64,000 nt of DNA. It comes from Escherichia coli (GTDB taxonomy: Bacteria > Pseudomonadota > Gammaproteobacteria > Enterobacterales > Enterobacteriaceae). The DNA lies in NCBI RefSeq assembly GCF_003334815.1, contig NZ_QOWO01000005.1; one strand, 5' to 3'. A program made the translations under genes and the position numbers. The notes beneath the pieces are model-generated. The model had not been told where the DNA came from, made no database searches, and was given only the letters and a program-made list of their open reading frames with translations. Shown here piece by piece: positions 1 to 11,202 of this stretch (the stretch's first letter is position 1; the number at the start of each line of letters is the position of its first letter).

Positions 1-1810
1 CTGCGGCGTTGTATTCATACCGCGTTTCACGGCCCTGTGCGTCTTTCACCGAGGTTAACCGGCCACGGTTGTCATAGCGGCGGTAAAGGCTGATGCCTTC
101 CTCGCGGTGGACCGCCGTCATCTGGCCGAAGCGGTCGTATTCATAACGGGTCTGGTAGCCCGAGCAGTCGGTGAACGCCAGCAACTGCCCGTAGCGGCTC
201 CAGGTCATCTGCCGGGTGCTGCCCGTCGCATCCGTTGTCGTCGCCGGTAACTCACTGTGCGCGTCATCGTAGCGGTAGCGTACTGTCTCCCCGCTGCGCG
301 ATGTCTCCGATACCAGCCTGCCCGGTTCATCATATTCCCGGCGGCTCTCCAGCCCGTCCGGGGACACCACCGCCGTCAGCTGGTTCCCGTCGTTATAGTA
401 AAATTTCGTCTCCCGCCCGTCCGGTGTGGTGATGTCCGTGATATCGCCGGACACCACATTCAGACCGTACTCTGTCCTCCGTCCCGCCGCGTCCGTCTGC
501 GCCGTGAGCCTTCCTGCCGCGTCATACCCGCTGCGCGTGACGCTGCCGTCCGCCAGTTCTTTTTTCACCACCCGTTTCAGCCCGGCCCCGCCTTCTGTAT
601 GCAGCACCTCACGCCGGTTCAGGCTGTCGGTGACGGTGATGCGGTCCTGCTCATAAAGATAGCGGTAGCTTAACCCTGCCGGGTTCAGTTGCTCCACCAC
701 CCGCCCCGTATCGTCGTAGCGGTAGCGCATCTCCGGCCTTCCCGCGTAACGGTGCGCCACCATCCGGCCCGGGTGCTGCGCGTCATACGTGAAAGCGCGC
801 ACCTGCGTATTGCTGCGGTCATATACCGCCAGCAGTTCACCGGCTTCCGTATACGTGTACCGCACCAGTGGCGCAGCGGGCAGGCTCTCCGGGTATGCCG
901 GGTCGTGCATCAGCCACACCGCCGAAAGGCGGATACCCCTGTCGGGGCCGTATTCGGTACCGGGCAGTGTGTCGGGGAACGCTGAGGCTGAGAGAGGGCG
1001 GGAACTGTCAGAAGAAGATAGCGAAGAGGTGCGGGCCTCTTCCGCACGCTGCGCCTGCGTGGTCAGCACCAGACGGAACTCCCGCCCGGCACCGTCCGTC
1101 ACGCCGGTGATTTCCCCGGCCAGGTCGCCTGCGGCCTCACGCCGGTACGTCAGCGTCCGCCCGAAACGGTCTGCCAGCCCGGTAAGCACCCGGTACGGCG
1201 GCAGCGGCGCTGGCAGTACGTCCTCAGCACCCGGCACCCGCTCTGACCACCCCAGTATCCACCACGGCCCCTGTGCGCTGTTGGTCGCCAGGTAAAGATG
1301 CGGGCTTAACCGGATATCCGGCGGCAGCGCCCCCCACAGCCGCGCCAGCGTATGGCCGTCCGGCTGTGCTGCCTTACCACCGCGCACCAGCCACATTGAC
1401 TCACTGCGGCTGTACACCGCCTCCCCCGGCAGCAGCGGCTCAAAGTGAATGCTCCGCCCGCCGTTGTCGTTGAGTATCAGTCCGTCATCACGTAGCTGTA
1501 AGCGGATATCAGAAGGCGCTTTCCAGCCGGGGCCGAAAACGCCCACCGGTGCAGGCGTCTTCGTCCGGTAGCTGCTGTAGGTGCGGGAGAGAATGAACGG
1601 CAGCGGGCCGGGCAGCGCAAGGTCCGTCTCGCCGGGCAGCACCTTCGCCCCCAGCAGCGGATTTACCGGGTTGCCCGAAGTCATCCCGCCCGGACACACC
1701 GAGCACGCCACGCCGGTGGGCGCGCCAATTCTTACACCTGCCGAACCCTGGACAATGGGACCGCCATACTGAGTCATATCTCCCTGACGCGCCGCTGGTT
1801 TTCCGCTCAT
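1..1810 (-). CDS. rhsD: Rhs element core protein RhsD, N-terminal ~603 codons (partial; CDS runs off window start)
   Basis: Minus-strand translation from ATG (complement of 1808-1810) reads MSGKPAARQGDMTQYGGPIVQGSAGVRIGAPTGVACSVCPGG... with no stop before position 1; absent from ORF track because it is incomplete. Confidence 0.9.
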   Translation of the reverse strand, partial: MSGKPAARQGDMTQYGGPIVQGSAGVRIGAPTGVACSVCPGGMTSGNPVNPLLGAKVLPGETDLALPGPLPFILSRTYSSYRTKTPAPVGVFGPGWKAPSDIRLQLRDDGLILNDNGGRSIHFEPLLPGEAVYSRSESMWLVRGGKAAQPDGHTLARLWGALPPDIRLSPHLYLATNSAQGPWWILGWSERVPGAEDVLPAPLPPYRVLTGLADRFGRTLTYRREAAGDLAGEITGVTDGAGREFRLVLTTQAQRAEEARTSSLSSSDSSRPLSASAFPDTLPGTEYGPDRGIRLSAVWLMHDPAYPESLPAAPLVRYTYTEAGELLAVYDRSNTQVRAFTYDAQHPGRMVAHRYAGRPEMRYRYDDTGRVVEQLNPAGLSYRYLYEQDRITVTDSLNRREVLHTEGGAGLKRVVKKELADGSVTRSGYDAAGRLTAQTDAAGRRTEYGLNVVSGDITDITTPDGRETKFYYNDGNQLTAVVSPDGLESRREYDEPGRLVSETSRSGETVRYRYDDAHSELPATTTDATGSTRQMTWSRYGQLLAFTDCSGYQTRYEYDRFGQMTAVHREEGISLYRRYDNRGRLTSVKDAQGRETRYEYNAA

Positions 1811-2240
1811 ATAAAGTGCCCTTTTAGTTATTGTTCATATCCCTGTGTTAGCAACAAAAAAAAATAAAATGACACACAAGACCAGCTAATGTATTTATAT
1901 ATTTTTCACATAAACTTATTTGTTCTCAATCAACAACAACTGTTATTACAGGTCACTTTCAATATTTTATTAAACTAACATTTTTAGCACAGATGAATTC
2001 ATCATCAACAAATTCACTATATGGATAATATCCATTCAACGCATATGATTTATGATTTTATTAGTCTGAGTTATTTTTGTAGGGCTATATTTAAAATCAA
2101 TAAACTCCACCGATTCAGATTAATATCAGCAATAGAAAGATAGGAAATCACCAATTCAATAACATCATCAATGAAACATATTGTAGAATTAATTTAAACA
2201 AGGCGTTCCATTCAACCAGAACGCCCCTTATTTACTCTCA

Positions 2241-4655
2241 TCACCCCGCAAACTGCCTGAACAGCGCCTTACCCTTAACCAGTCGCGCACCCAGCCAGCC
2301 GCCGAAAAGCGACAGCAGCAGCGCTCCGCTGCACGGCAGAACAATCCACAATCGCCAGTCTGGCTCCCACGGAAAATCAAACACTTTCGCCTGCAACACT
2401 GCCAGCGCCGTTTCCGCACCAATTGCGGCCACCAGGCCGGAAACAAACCCAAGCATGGCGAACTCACACCACAACGTGGTACGCAGCAGTTTTTTCCCCG
2501 CACCGAGTGTGCGCCACACCACCAGCTCCTGATGACGCTGACGCATTCCCACCTGCACCTGTGCCAGCAACAGCAACATACCGCAGGCGGTGACCAGTAC
2601 CACCATCACTTCCAGCGCCCGACTTACCTGCTCCAGCACCTGACCGACCTGTTTTAAAATCGCGCCAATATCTAACAGGCTAATGGTCGGGAACTGGCGG
2701 TTGAGTTGTGTCAACATGCCGTTGCCATTCTCCCAGCGGAAACTGGTAAGCCAGCTCTGCGGTTGCCCGTCTAATGCCCCTTCAGGGAAAATAAAATAGA
2801 AATTAGGCCGCAGACTTTCCCAGTCCACTTTGCGCAGGCTGGTCACTTTAGCGCGGAACTCCTGGGTATCGCCCATAAAAGTCACGGTATCACCGAGGGC
2901 AACGTTTAAGCGTTTCGCCAGCCCCTCTTCCATCGACACTTCATCGGCTTTTGGCGGCCAGTTACCGGCGACAATCGGATTATGATCGGGCCGCGTATTT
3001 TGCCAGGTAAGATTGAGTTCGCGGTTAAGCGCCTCATCTTCATTACCTTCTGTCGGCTTATCGTTAATCGCCGTCAGCCGCGCCCGCACCACCGGATAAA
3101 ACGATTCCGGGACTATCTGATGTTCCGCGAGGAACGCTTTTAGCGGTGCTACCTGTTCTGTGGCGATGTTAATTAAAAAGTAGTTCGGGCTTTCTGGAGG
3201 TAGCTGCTGCTGCCAGCGGTCGAGCAGATCGCCACGCAACACCAGCAGCAGTGCCAGCAGCATAAAGGAGAGCGAAAATGCCGAAAGCTGACTTAACGTT
3301 GACCACGGCTGACGTAACAGGCGGCTAACCGCCAGGCGCAGAGGCAGCGATTTCAGCGTCATGCGGCGAAGTACATTCAGCAGCATCCAGCCCAGCACAC
3401 CGCACAGCAAAGCCAGTACTACCGCGCCCGCCAGCACCGCCCAAAGCAGCATGCTGCCACCCATTAATCCGGCGAGCAGCAGCACAACCACCACACTGAC
3501 AATCGGCAGATAAAACTTCAGCGGCCAGACGTTCGCTACCACATCATTACGTAATACGCGTAAAGGCTGCGTTGCCAGCAACAAGCGATATGGTCGTAGC
3601 CCCACCAGCAGCGAGATGACCGTCATGGTGCCAAGCGCCCACAGCCACGGCCAGAGGCTGGCTGGCGGTAGTGCAGCAGGCAGAACGGGCTTGAGCAGCA
3701 CCATCAACACGTTTTCGAACAACAGGCCTATGGCCCCACCGGTAACGGCTGAAAGCGTCAGCACCATCAACCACTGACCGACGATTAGCTTACGCAGTTG
3801 CGCTCGCCCTGCCCCCAGCGTTTTGAGGATCGCCACCAGATCGTAGCGACTGCGACAGTAATGATTCATCGCTACCGCCACCGCTGCCACTGCCAGCAGC
3901 AAGGTCAGAAGCGCCGAAAGCAGCAGGAACTGTTGCGAGCGTTCCATCGATCGCCCCAGCGCGCCTTCGTCCTGTTCCAGACCGTACCAGCGTTGTTCGG
4001 GTTTAAGCTGAGGTAACAACCATTTCTCATAGCCGTCGAGCTGGTTCTCGTTGCCGCCGAATTTATAACGCCAGGTGACCCGACTCCCCGGCTGCACGGC
4101 TCCGGTTTTATCGACATCCGCCAGATTCATCATCAGACGCGGAGCCATCTGGAAGGGGTTAAAACCGGAATCCGGTTCCTGAATCACTTCTCCGGCAATC
4201 CGCAAGGTGGCATCGCCCACGTCAATGGTGTCGCCCGTTTTCAGGTTAAGCAGTGCCATCAGGCGTGGGGCCAGCAATACGCTGCCCGCCTGCGGTTTCA
4301 GGCCAGGGGGATTAGTTTGCAGATCGCCATACATCGGGTAGATATCATCCACCGCTTTGACGTTCGCCAGCTGCGGTGTGTCGCCTGCAAAGGTCATTGT
4401 GGCGAAAGTCAGCTGCTTGCCGACTTTCAGGCCGCGCTTTTGCGCTTCCTCCAGCCACGCTTGCGGCACTTCGCGTGAACTGCGCAACGCCCGATCGCCC
4501 GCCATAAACTCACGGCTTTGCTGGCTTAAGCCCTTCTCCATGCGATCGCTGATATTGCCCAGCGCCAGCACGCAGGCCACCGCCAGGCTTAGCGCCAGCC
4601 AGACAATTAATAGCGACGGCGAACGCCATTCGCGCCAGAACCAACGTGCAATCAT
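2241..4655 (-). CDS. ybbP: FtsX-family ABC transporter permease (804 aa)
   Basis: ORF track 804 aa, MIARWFWREW...; multiple TM segments; start overlaps ybbA stop in ATGA. Confidence 0.93.
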   Translation of the reverse strand: MIARWFWREWRSPSLLIVWLALSLAVACVLALGNISDRMEKGLSQQSREFMAGDRALRSSREVPQAWLEEAQKRGLKVGKQLTFATMTFAGDTPQLANVKAVDDIYPMYGDLQTNPPGLKPQAGSVLLAPRLMALLNLKTGDTIDVGDATLRIAGEVIQEPDSGFNPFQMAPRLMMNLADVDKTGAVQPGSRVTWRYKFGGNENQLDGYEKWLLPQLKPEQRWYGLEQDEGALGRSMERSQQFLLLSALLTLLLAVAAVAVAMNHYCRSRYDLVAILKTLGAGRAQLRKLIVGQWLMVLTLSAVTGGAIGLLFENVLMVLLKPVLPAALPPASLWPWLWALGTMTVISLLVGLRPYRLLLATQPLRVLRNDVVANVWPLKFYLPIVSVVVVLLLAGLMGGSMLLWAVLAGAVVLALLCGVLGWMLLNVLRRMTLKSLPLRLAVSRLLRQPWSTLSQLSAFSLSFMLLALLLVLRGDLLDRWQQQLPPESPNYFLINIATEQVAPLKAFLAEHQIVPESFYPVVRARLTAINDKPTEGNEDEALNRELNLTWQNTRPDHNPIVAGNWPPKADEVSMEEGLAKRLNVALGDTVTFMGDTQEFRAKVTSLRKVDWESLRPNFYFIFPEGALDGQPQSWLTSFRWENGNGMLTQLNRQFPTISLLDIGAILKQVGQVLEQVSRALEVMVVLVTACGMLLLLAQVQVGMRQRHQELVVWRTLGAGKKLLRTTLWCEFAMLGFVSGLVAAIGAETALAVLQAKVFDFPWEPDWRLWIVLPCSGALLLSLFGGWLGARLVKGKALFRQFAG

Positions 4656-5338
4656 GCTTCCTCCTGCAACTGCCCGTTCACCAGCCGTAAGCAGCGGTCG
4701 CAGCGTGCCGCCAGTTGCAGGTCGTGGGTCACCATAATCAACGTGGTGCCATGTTCACGGTTGAGGGAAAACAGCAGGTCGGCAATTTTATCGCCCGTCT
4801 GGCGGTCAAGGTTGCCGGTGGGTTCGTCGGCAAACAGCACATCAGGTCGACCATTAAAGGCTCGTGCCAGCGCCACTCGTTGCTGTTCACCGCCGGAAAG
4901 CTGTGCCGGAAGATGATCCAGACGTTTACCCAGCCCTAACTGTTCGAGCAACGCTTTCGCCCCGTTACGACTTTCCGCGCTACTCTCACCGCGCAGCAGA
5001 GCCGGAAGCTCGACGTTTTCCAGCGCGTTAAGGGTAGGAATTAACATAAATGACTGAAAAACAAAGCCGACGTGCTTCGCGCGCAACTTTGCCCGCGCTT
5101 CTTCGTCCATATTATGTAGCGGTTGTCCCACCAGACTCACTTCGCCACTGCTGCCGTCATCAAGCCCGGCGAGGATCGCCAGCAAGGTTGACTTACCCGA
5201 TCCCGACTCGCCCACCAGTGCGATGGTCTCGCCACGTTTGACAACCAGCTCAACTCCGGTGAGGATGGAGAGTTCATGCTCCCCCTGACCGACGGACTTC
5301 TTAAGATGATGAACTTCAACAATGTTTTCCGCTGGCAT
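4652..5338 (-). CDS. ybbA: ABC transporter ATP-binding protein (228 aa)
   Basis: ORF track 228 aa MPAENIVEVHHL...; Walker A GESGSGKST, signature LSGGEQQR. Confidence 0.93.
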   Translation of the reverse strand: MPAENIVEVHHLKKSVGQGEHELSILTGVELVVKRGETIALVGESGSGKSTLLAILAGLDDGSSGEVSLVGQPLHNMDEEARAKLRAKHVGFVFQSFMLIPTLNALENVELPALLRGESSAESRNGAKALLEQLGLGKRLDHLPAQLSGGEQQRVALARAFNGRPDVLFADEPTGNLDRQTGDKIADLLFSLNREHGTTLIMVTHDLQLAARCDRCLRLVNGQLQEEA

Positions 5339-5932
5339 TTGCCCTTCCTGTTCCTGGTCCTGTTAACCTTCCGTGCCGCCGCAGCGGACACGTTATTGAT
5401 TCTGGGTGATAGCCTGAGCGCCGGGTATCGAATGTCTGCCAGCGCGGCCTGGCCTGCCTTGTTGAATGATAAGTGGCAGAGTAAAACGTCGGTAGTTAAT
5501 GCCAGCATCAGCGGCGACACCTCGCAACAAGGACTGGCGCGCCTTCCGGCTCTGCTGAAACAGCATCAGCCGCGTTGGGTGCTGGTTGAACTGGGCGGCA
5601 ATGACGGTTTGCGTGGTTTTCAGCCACAGCAAACCGAGCAAACGCTGCGCCAGATTTTGCAGGATGTCAAAGCCGCCAACGCTGAACCATTGTTAATGCA
5701 AATACGTCTGCCTGCAAACTATGGTCGCCGTTATAATGAAGCCTTTAGCGCCATTTACCCCAAACTCGCCAAAGAGTTTGATGTTCCGCTGCTGCCCTTT
5801 TTTATGGAAGAGGTCTACCTCAAGCCACAATGGATGCAGGATGACGGTATTCATCCCAACCGCGACGCCCAGCCGTTTATTGCCGACTGGATGGCGAAGC
5901 AGTTGCAGCCTTTAGTAAATCATGACTCATAA
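5306..5932 (+). CDS. tesA: Thioesterase I / protease I / lysophospholipase L1, SGNH hydrolase (208 aa)
   Basis: Trimmed from ORF 5276..5932 to ATG at 5306 giving MMNFNNVFRWHLPFLF... signal peptide then GDSLSAG motif. Confidence 0.9.
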   Translation: MMNFNNVFRWHLPFLFLVLLTFRAAAADTLLILGDSLSAGYRMSASAAWPALLNDKWQSKTSVVNASISGDTSQQGLARLPALLKQHQPRWVLVELGGNDGLRGFQPQQTEQTLRQILQDVKAANAEPLLMQIRLPANYGRRYNEAFSAIYPKLAKEFDVPLLPFFMEEVYLKPQWMQDDGIHPNRDAQPFIADWMAKQLQPLVNHDS

Positions 5933-6731
5933 AGCAACGGAGATCCTGACAGGTAAAGTTATGCAAAAATCGGTCTTAATTACCGGATGTTCCAGTGGAA
6001 TTGGCCTGGAAAGCGCGCTCGAATTAAAACGCCAGGGTTTTCATGTGCTGGCAGGTTGCCGGAAACCGGATGATGTTGAGCGCATGAACAGCATGGGATT
6101 TACCGGCGTGTTGATCGATCTGGATTCACCAGAAAGTGTTGATCGCGCAGCCGACGAGGTGATCGCCCTGACCGATAATTGTCTGTATGGGATCTTTAAC
6201 AATGCCGGATTCGGCATGTATGGCCCCCTTTCCACCATCAGCCGTGCGCAGATGGAACAGCAGTTTTCCGCCAACTTTTTCGGCGCACACCAGCTCACCA
6301 TGCGCCTGTTACCCGCGATGTTACCGCACGGTGAAGGGCGTATTGTGATGACATCATCGGTGATGGGATTAATCTCCACGCCGGGTCGTGGCGCTTACGC
6401 GGCCAGTAAATATGCGCTGGAGGCGTGGTCAGACGCACTGCGCATGGAGCTGCGCCACAGCGGAATTAAAGTCAGCCTGATCGAACCCGGTCCCATTCGT
6501 ACTCGCTTCACCGACAACGTCAACCAGACGCAAAGTGATAAACCAGTCGAAAATCCCGGCATCGCCGCCCGCTTTACGTTGGGACCGGAAGCGGTGGTGG
6601 ACAAAGTACGCCATGCTTTTATTAGCGAGAAGCCGAAGATGCGCTATCCGGTGACGCTGGTGACCTGGGCGGTAATGGTGCTTAAGCGCCTGCTGCCGGG
6701 GCGCGTGATGGACAAAATATTGCAGGGGTGA
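5922..6731 (+). CDS. ybbO: Short-chain dehydrogenase/reductase (269 aa)
   Basis: ORF track 269 aa; TGCSSGIG Rossmann motif; start overlaps last 11 nt of tesA. Confidence 0.92.
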   Translation: MTHKATEILTGKVMQKSVLITGCSSGIGLESALELKRQGFHVLAGCRKPDDVERMNSMGFTGVLIDLDSPESVDRAADEVIALTDNCLYGIFNNAGFGMYGPLSTISRAQMEQQFSANFFGAHQLTMRLLPAMLPHGEGRIVMTSSVMGLISTPGRGAYAASKYALEAWSDALRMELRHSGIKVSLIEPGPIRTRFTDNVNQTQSDKPVENPGIAARFTLGPEAVVDKVRHAFISEKPKMRYPVTLVTWAVMVLKRLLPGRVMDKILQG

Positions 6732-6749
6732 GTTGAAGCGCGCGCTTAA

Positions 6750-7646
<897 letters not shown>

Positions 7647-7676
7647 TATTCCGTTGATCGGCACATGAACCACAAC

Positions 7677-7702
7677 GCCGGATGCGATGCTGCGCATCCG
7701 GC
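7677..7702. terminator. Hairpin between convergent cnoX and fetB (likely bidirectional terminator)
   Basis: gccggatgcg (7677-7686) pairs with cgcatccggc (7693-7702), 6-nt loop; lies between the two stop codons. Confidence 0.6.
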
Positions 7703-7708
7703 ATCGCA

Positions 7709-8488
7709 TCATTTCTTCTTCAATTGCGTCACCACCAACTGGTGGCGCGAATTATAAAACTTACGATAGGTTAAATAGCAGGCAATAATGGTCGACAAGC
7801 TGGCGGTTGAGAGCAGCATAAAGGTCACCATAATCTGATATTTAATCGCCTTCACCGGATCAATCCCGGCAAATATCAGCCCGGACATCATTCCTGGTAA
7901 ACTCACTAAGCCAACCGTTTTTGCTGAATCGACCGTCGGAATTAAAGCCGCGCGAATACTGTCGCGAATCAATATCGCTGAAGCCTGCTTCGGCGTCGCA
8001 CCAAGACTCAGTTTCTCCTGAATCTGTTGCTGTTCGCTAATGACCCGTTGCCCTAAATTGTTGTAACACAACCCCACCGCTACCATGGCGTTACCGGCAA
8101 TCATCCCGGCGATAGGGATCACCTGCATCGGGATAAATTCAATCGACCCTGAGAGAATCAGCACCGCCAGGGTAATTCCCGCCCCGACCGTAATGGCAAT
8201 AAACGATGAGATAAAAGCTTTAGCAATATATTTACTGCGTTTTTGCGCGTTCCACGCCGCATTAAAGCAGATAAATAACACCATCAATAATGTCAGGCTG
8301 GCATCATCCACGCTGAAAATATACTTCAGCACATAGCCGACAATAATCAGCTGAATTATCGCTCGCCCGACGCTCCAGAGAATATCTTTCTCCAGCGCCA
8401 GTTTTTCTTTATGGCTAATTAAGATTGCCACCACCACCAGCATTAATGCCAGTGCTAATGATTCGTTAGTAATATTATGCGAGTTCAT
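7709..8488 (-). CDS. fetB: Iron export ABC transporter permease (259 aa)
   Basis: Trimmed from ORF 7709..8515 to ATG (complement 8486-8488) MNSHNITNESLALALM...; polytopic membrane protein. Confidence 0.88.
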   Translation of the reverse strand: MNSHNITNESLALALMLVVVAILISHKEKLALEKDILWSVGRAIIQLIIVGYVLKYIFSVDDASLTLLMVLFICFNAAWNAQKRSKYIAKAFISSFIAITVGAGITLAVLILSGSIEFIPMQVIPIAGMIAGNAMVAVGLCYNNLGQRVISEQQQIQEKLSLGATPKQASAILIRDSIRAALIPTVDSAKTVGLVSLPGMMSGLIFAGIDPVKAIKYQIMVTFMLLSTASLSTIIACYLTYRKFYNSRHQLVVTQLKKK

Positions 8489-9152
8489 AGCGTGCTTCCT
8501 GCATTTCTCCGGCATGCGGTTGCAGTGTAATCACTTTATCCGCATGATTAATTTCGTCTTTATCGTGTGTCACCCACAGCACGGCAATATTTTGCTCGCG
8601 CACATAACGATGGATCATCTCATTGACGTTATGTTTATTACTTTCATCCAGCGCACTGGTTATTTCATCCAGCAATAAAACCTTCGGCATAAATTGCAGG
8701 TTACGAATCAATGAGATGCGTTGTTTTTCACCACCAGATAGCTCGGCGATATTCTTCGTCAAAATGCTGTCCGGCAAGGCGAAGCGTTCGAGAAAATCGA
8801 GAAAAATGGCTGGGTCAGGCTGCCGGTTACGGATCTGCCAGGGAAAGATCAGATTATCGTATACCGTATCGCCAAACAGCGTCGGTGTCTGGGCGCAGTA
8901 AGAGACTTGTTGGCGGTAGATTTCTGGCTTTAGTGTGCTGACATCCTCACCTTCAAACAGTAACGTTCCGCTGGTTGGGCTGATCAATGAAGCAACTATT
9001 TTTAGCAGCGTACTTTTGCCACAACCAGAAGGACCGGTAATTAACTTAAATTCGCCAGCACGCAGCGAAAAATTGATGTTATTAAGAATCTTCGCATCAC
9101 CCGCCAGATATCCTACGTTTTGTAGCTGAAGCAAAGGACTATTTTCCTGCAT
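8475..9152 (-). CDS. fetA: Iron export ABC transporter ATP-binding protein (225 aa)
   Basis: ORF track 225 aa; Walker A GPSGCGKST, signature LSGGEKQR; 3' end overlaps fetB start by 14 nt. Confidence 0.92.
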   Translation of the reverse strand: MQENSPLLQLQNVGYLAGDAKILNNINFSLRAGEFKLITGPSGCGKSTLLKIVASLISPTSGTLLFEGEDVSTLKPEIYRQQVSYCAQTPTLFGDTVYDNLIFPWQIRNRQPDPAIFLDFLERFALPDSILTKNIAELSGGEKQRISLIRNLQFMPKVLLLDEITSALDESNKHNVNEMIHRYVREQNIAVLWVTHDKDEINHADKVITLQPHAGEMQEARYELA

Positions 9153-9297
9153 CGCTGTTCCCTTTTTCTGATTTTTACTAAAAACAGTTTATCCTTCGCA
9201 GGAATAAGGGGGAACTCTCTTTCAGTAATCAGGTATAATTTGTTTAATCAAGCAGCAATTTTGCTGATTATGGACGGTACAACAGGAGGTTTTTCCG

Positions 9298-10215
9298 ATG
9301 CTTATCTTTATCCCGATTCTCATTTTTGTCGCGCTGGTCATTGTCGGCGCGGGTGTCAAAATCGTACCGCAGGGCTATCAGTGGACAGTAGAACGCTTTG
9401 GTCGCTATACCAAAACGTTACAGCCGGGGCTCAGTCTGGTGGTGCCGTTTATGGATCGCATTGGTCGCAAGATCAATATGATGGAGCAAGTGCTCGATAT
9501 CCCTTCCCAGGAAGTTATCTCGAAAGATAACGCCAACGTTACCATCGACGCCGTGTGCTTTATTCAGGTGATTGACGCGCCGCGCGCGGCTTATGAAGTC
9601 AGCAATCTGGAGCTGGCGATCATCAACCTGACCATGACTAACATCCGTACCGTGCTGGGTTCAATGGAACTTGACGAAATGCTCTCTCAGCGCGACAGCA
9701 TCAACTCACGCCTGCTGCGTATTGTCGATGAAGCCACCAACCCGTGGGGGATTAAAGTCACCCGTATTGAAATTCGCGACGTGCGCCCACCGGCAGAGCT
9801 TATCTCTTCAATGAACGCGCAGATGAAAGCGGAACGTACCAAACGCGCTTACATTCTTGAAGCGGAAGGGATCCGTCAGGCGGAAATCCTCAAAGCCGAA
9901 GGTGAAAAACAGTCGCAAATCCTGAAAGCGGAAGGCGAACGTCAGTCGGCGTTTTTACAGGCTGAAGCGCGTGAACGTTCCGCCGAAGCAGAAGCCCGCG
10001 CCACCAAAATGGTGTCTGAAGCTATCGCCTCCGGTGATATTCAGGCGGTGAACTACTTCGTAGCGCAGAAATACACCGAAGCGTTACAGCAGATCGGTTC
10101 CTCCAGTAACAGCAAAGTAGTGATGATGCCATTAGAGGCCAGCAGCCTGATGGGGTCGATTGCCGGGATTGCCGAGCTGGTGAAAGACAGCGCCAACAAA
10201 CGGACTCAGCCATGA
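9298..10215 (+). CDS. qmcA: SPFH/stomatin-prohibitin family membrane protein (305 aa)
   Basis: ORF track 305 aa; N-terminal TM, coiled-coil KAEGE repeats. Confidence 0.92.
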
Positions 10216-10670
10216 TGGAGTTAATGGTCGTTCATCCACATATTTTCTGGCTCAGTCTCGGCGGTTTGCTGCTGGCAGCCGAGATGCTGGGCGGAAATGG
10301 TTATTTGTTGTGGAGCGGCGTGGCAGCGGTGATTACCGGCCTGGTGGTCTGGCTGGTGCCGCTGGGTTGGGAGTGGCAAGGGGTAATGTTTGCCATCCTG
10401 ACGCTGCTCGCCGCCTGGCTGTGGTGGAAATGGTTGTCGCGGCGGGTGCGCGAACAAAAGCACAGCGATAGTCATTTAAACCAGCGCGGGCAGCAGCTGA
10501 TTGGCCGACGTTTTGTGCTGGAATCTCCGCTGGTCAACGGGCGCGGTCATATGCGCGTCGGTGACAGTTCATGGCCTGTCAGCGCCAGCGAGGATCTCGG
10601 TGCAGGTACGCATGTTGAAGTCATTGCGATAGAAGGGATAACCCTACATATCCGAGCCGTCTCGTCTTAA
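10212..10670 (+). CDS. ybbJ: NfeD-like inner membrane protein (152 aa)
   Basis: ORF track 152 aa; ATGA overlap with qmcA stop. Confidence 0.9.
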
Positions 10671-11078
10671 TCACCCTGCCCGATGATGACAGCAGCCGGA
10701 GAGATTTTCGATAATCGGGCAGTCGGCGCTGTCATCGCCAGGGCAGGCATTCGCCAGTGCCAGCAGCTGGTCGCGCATGGATTGCAGCTCCTCAATGTGT
10801 CGTTCGATCTCCGCCACCTTCTCCAGCGTGCGCCGTTTGACGTCGGCGCTGTGCCGCTGCGGGTCGTTAAACAGATTCACCAGCTCGCCGCTCTCTTCCA
10901 GGTTAAAGCCCACCTGCCGTGCCTGGCGCAGTAAGGTCAGTTCGTTGAGATGCTGCTGCGTGTAGGTGCGATAACCGTTTTCGCTGCGCATCGGCGGCGT
11001 CACCAGCCCCTTCTCTTCATAGAAGCGAATGGCTTTGCTGGTCAGGCCGGTAATTTTTGCTACATCGCTGATGTTCAT
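10671..11078 (-). CDS. cueR: MerR-family Cu(I)-responsive transcriptional regulator (135 aa)
   Basis: ORF track 135 aa [25 protein letters not shown]...; C-terminal CPGDDSADC metal site. Confidence 0.95.
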
Positions 11079-11202
11079 CGTTCGCGCAACGCCTCCTGTG
11101 CTTTGTTAAAGGGTTTCAACAGATATTCAAGCACGTTTTTTTGCCAGTGCGAATATCGACCGCCACCACAATAATACAGGAAGTACTGCGCACAGAGAGA
11201 TG

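Noticed and set aside
257-1473. Plus-strand ORFs of 65-168 aa (257..673, 789..1295, 868..1110, 1273..1473)
   Set aside because: They lie antisense to the rhsD core coding sequence; GC-rich antisense frames are commonly open, and the peptides are low-complexity Arg/Pro/Ala-rich.
1811-2240. AT-rich 430-bp block as a possible horizontally acquired islet or mobile element remnant
   Set aside because: No ORFs, no terminal inverted or direct repeats, no integrase; it is consistent with the usual AT-rich region upstream of an rhs core.
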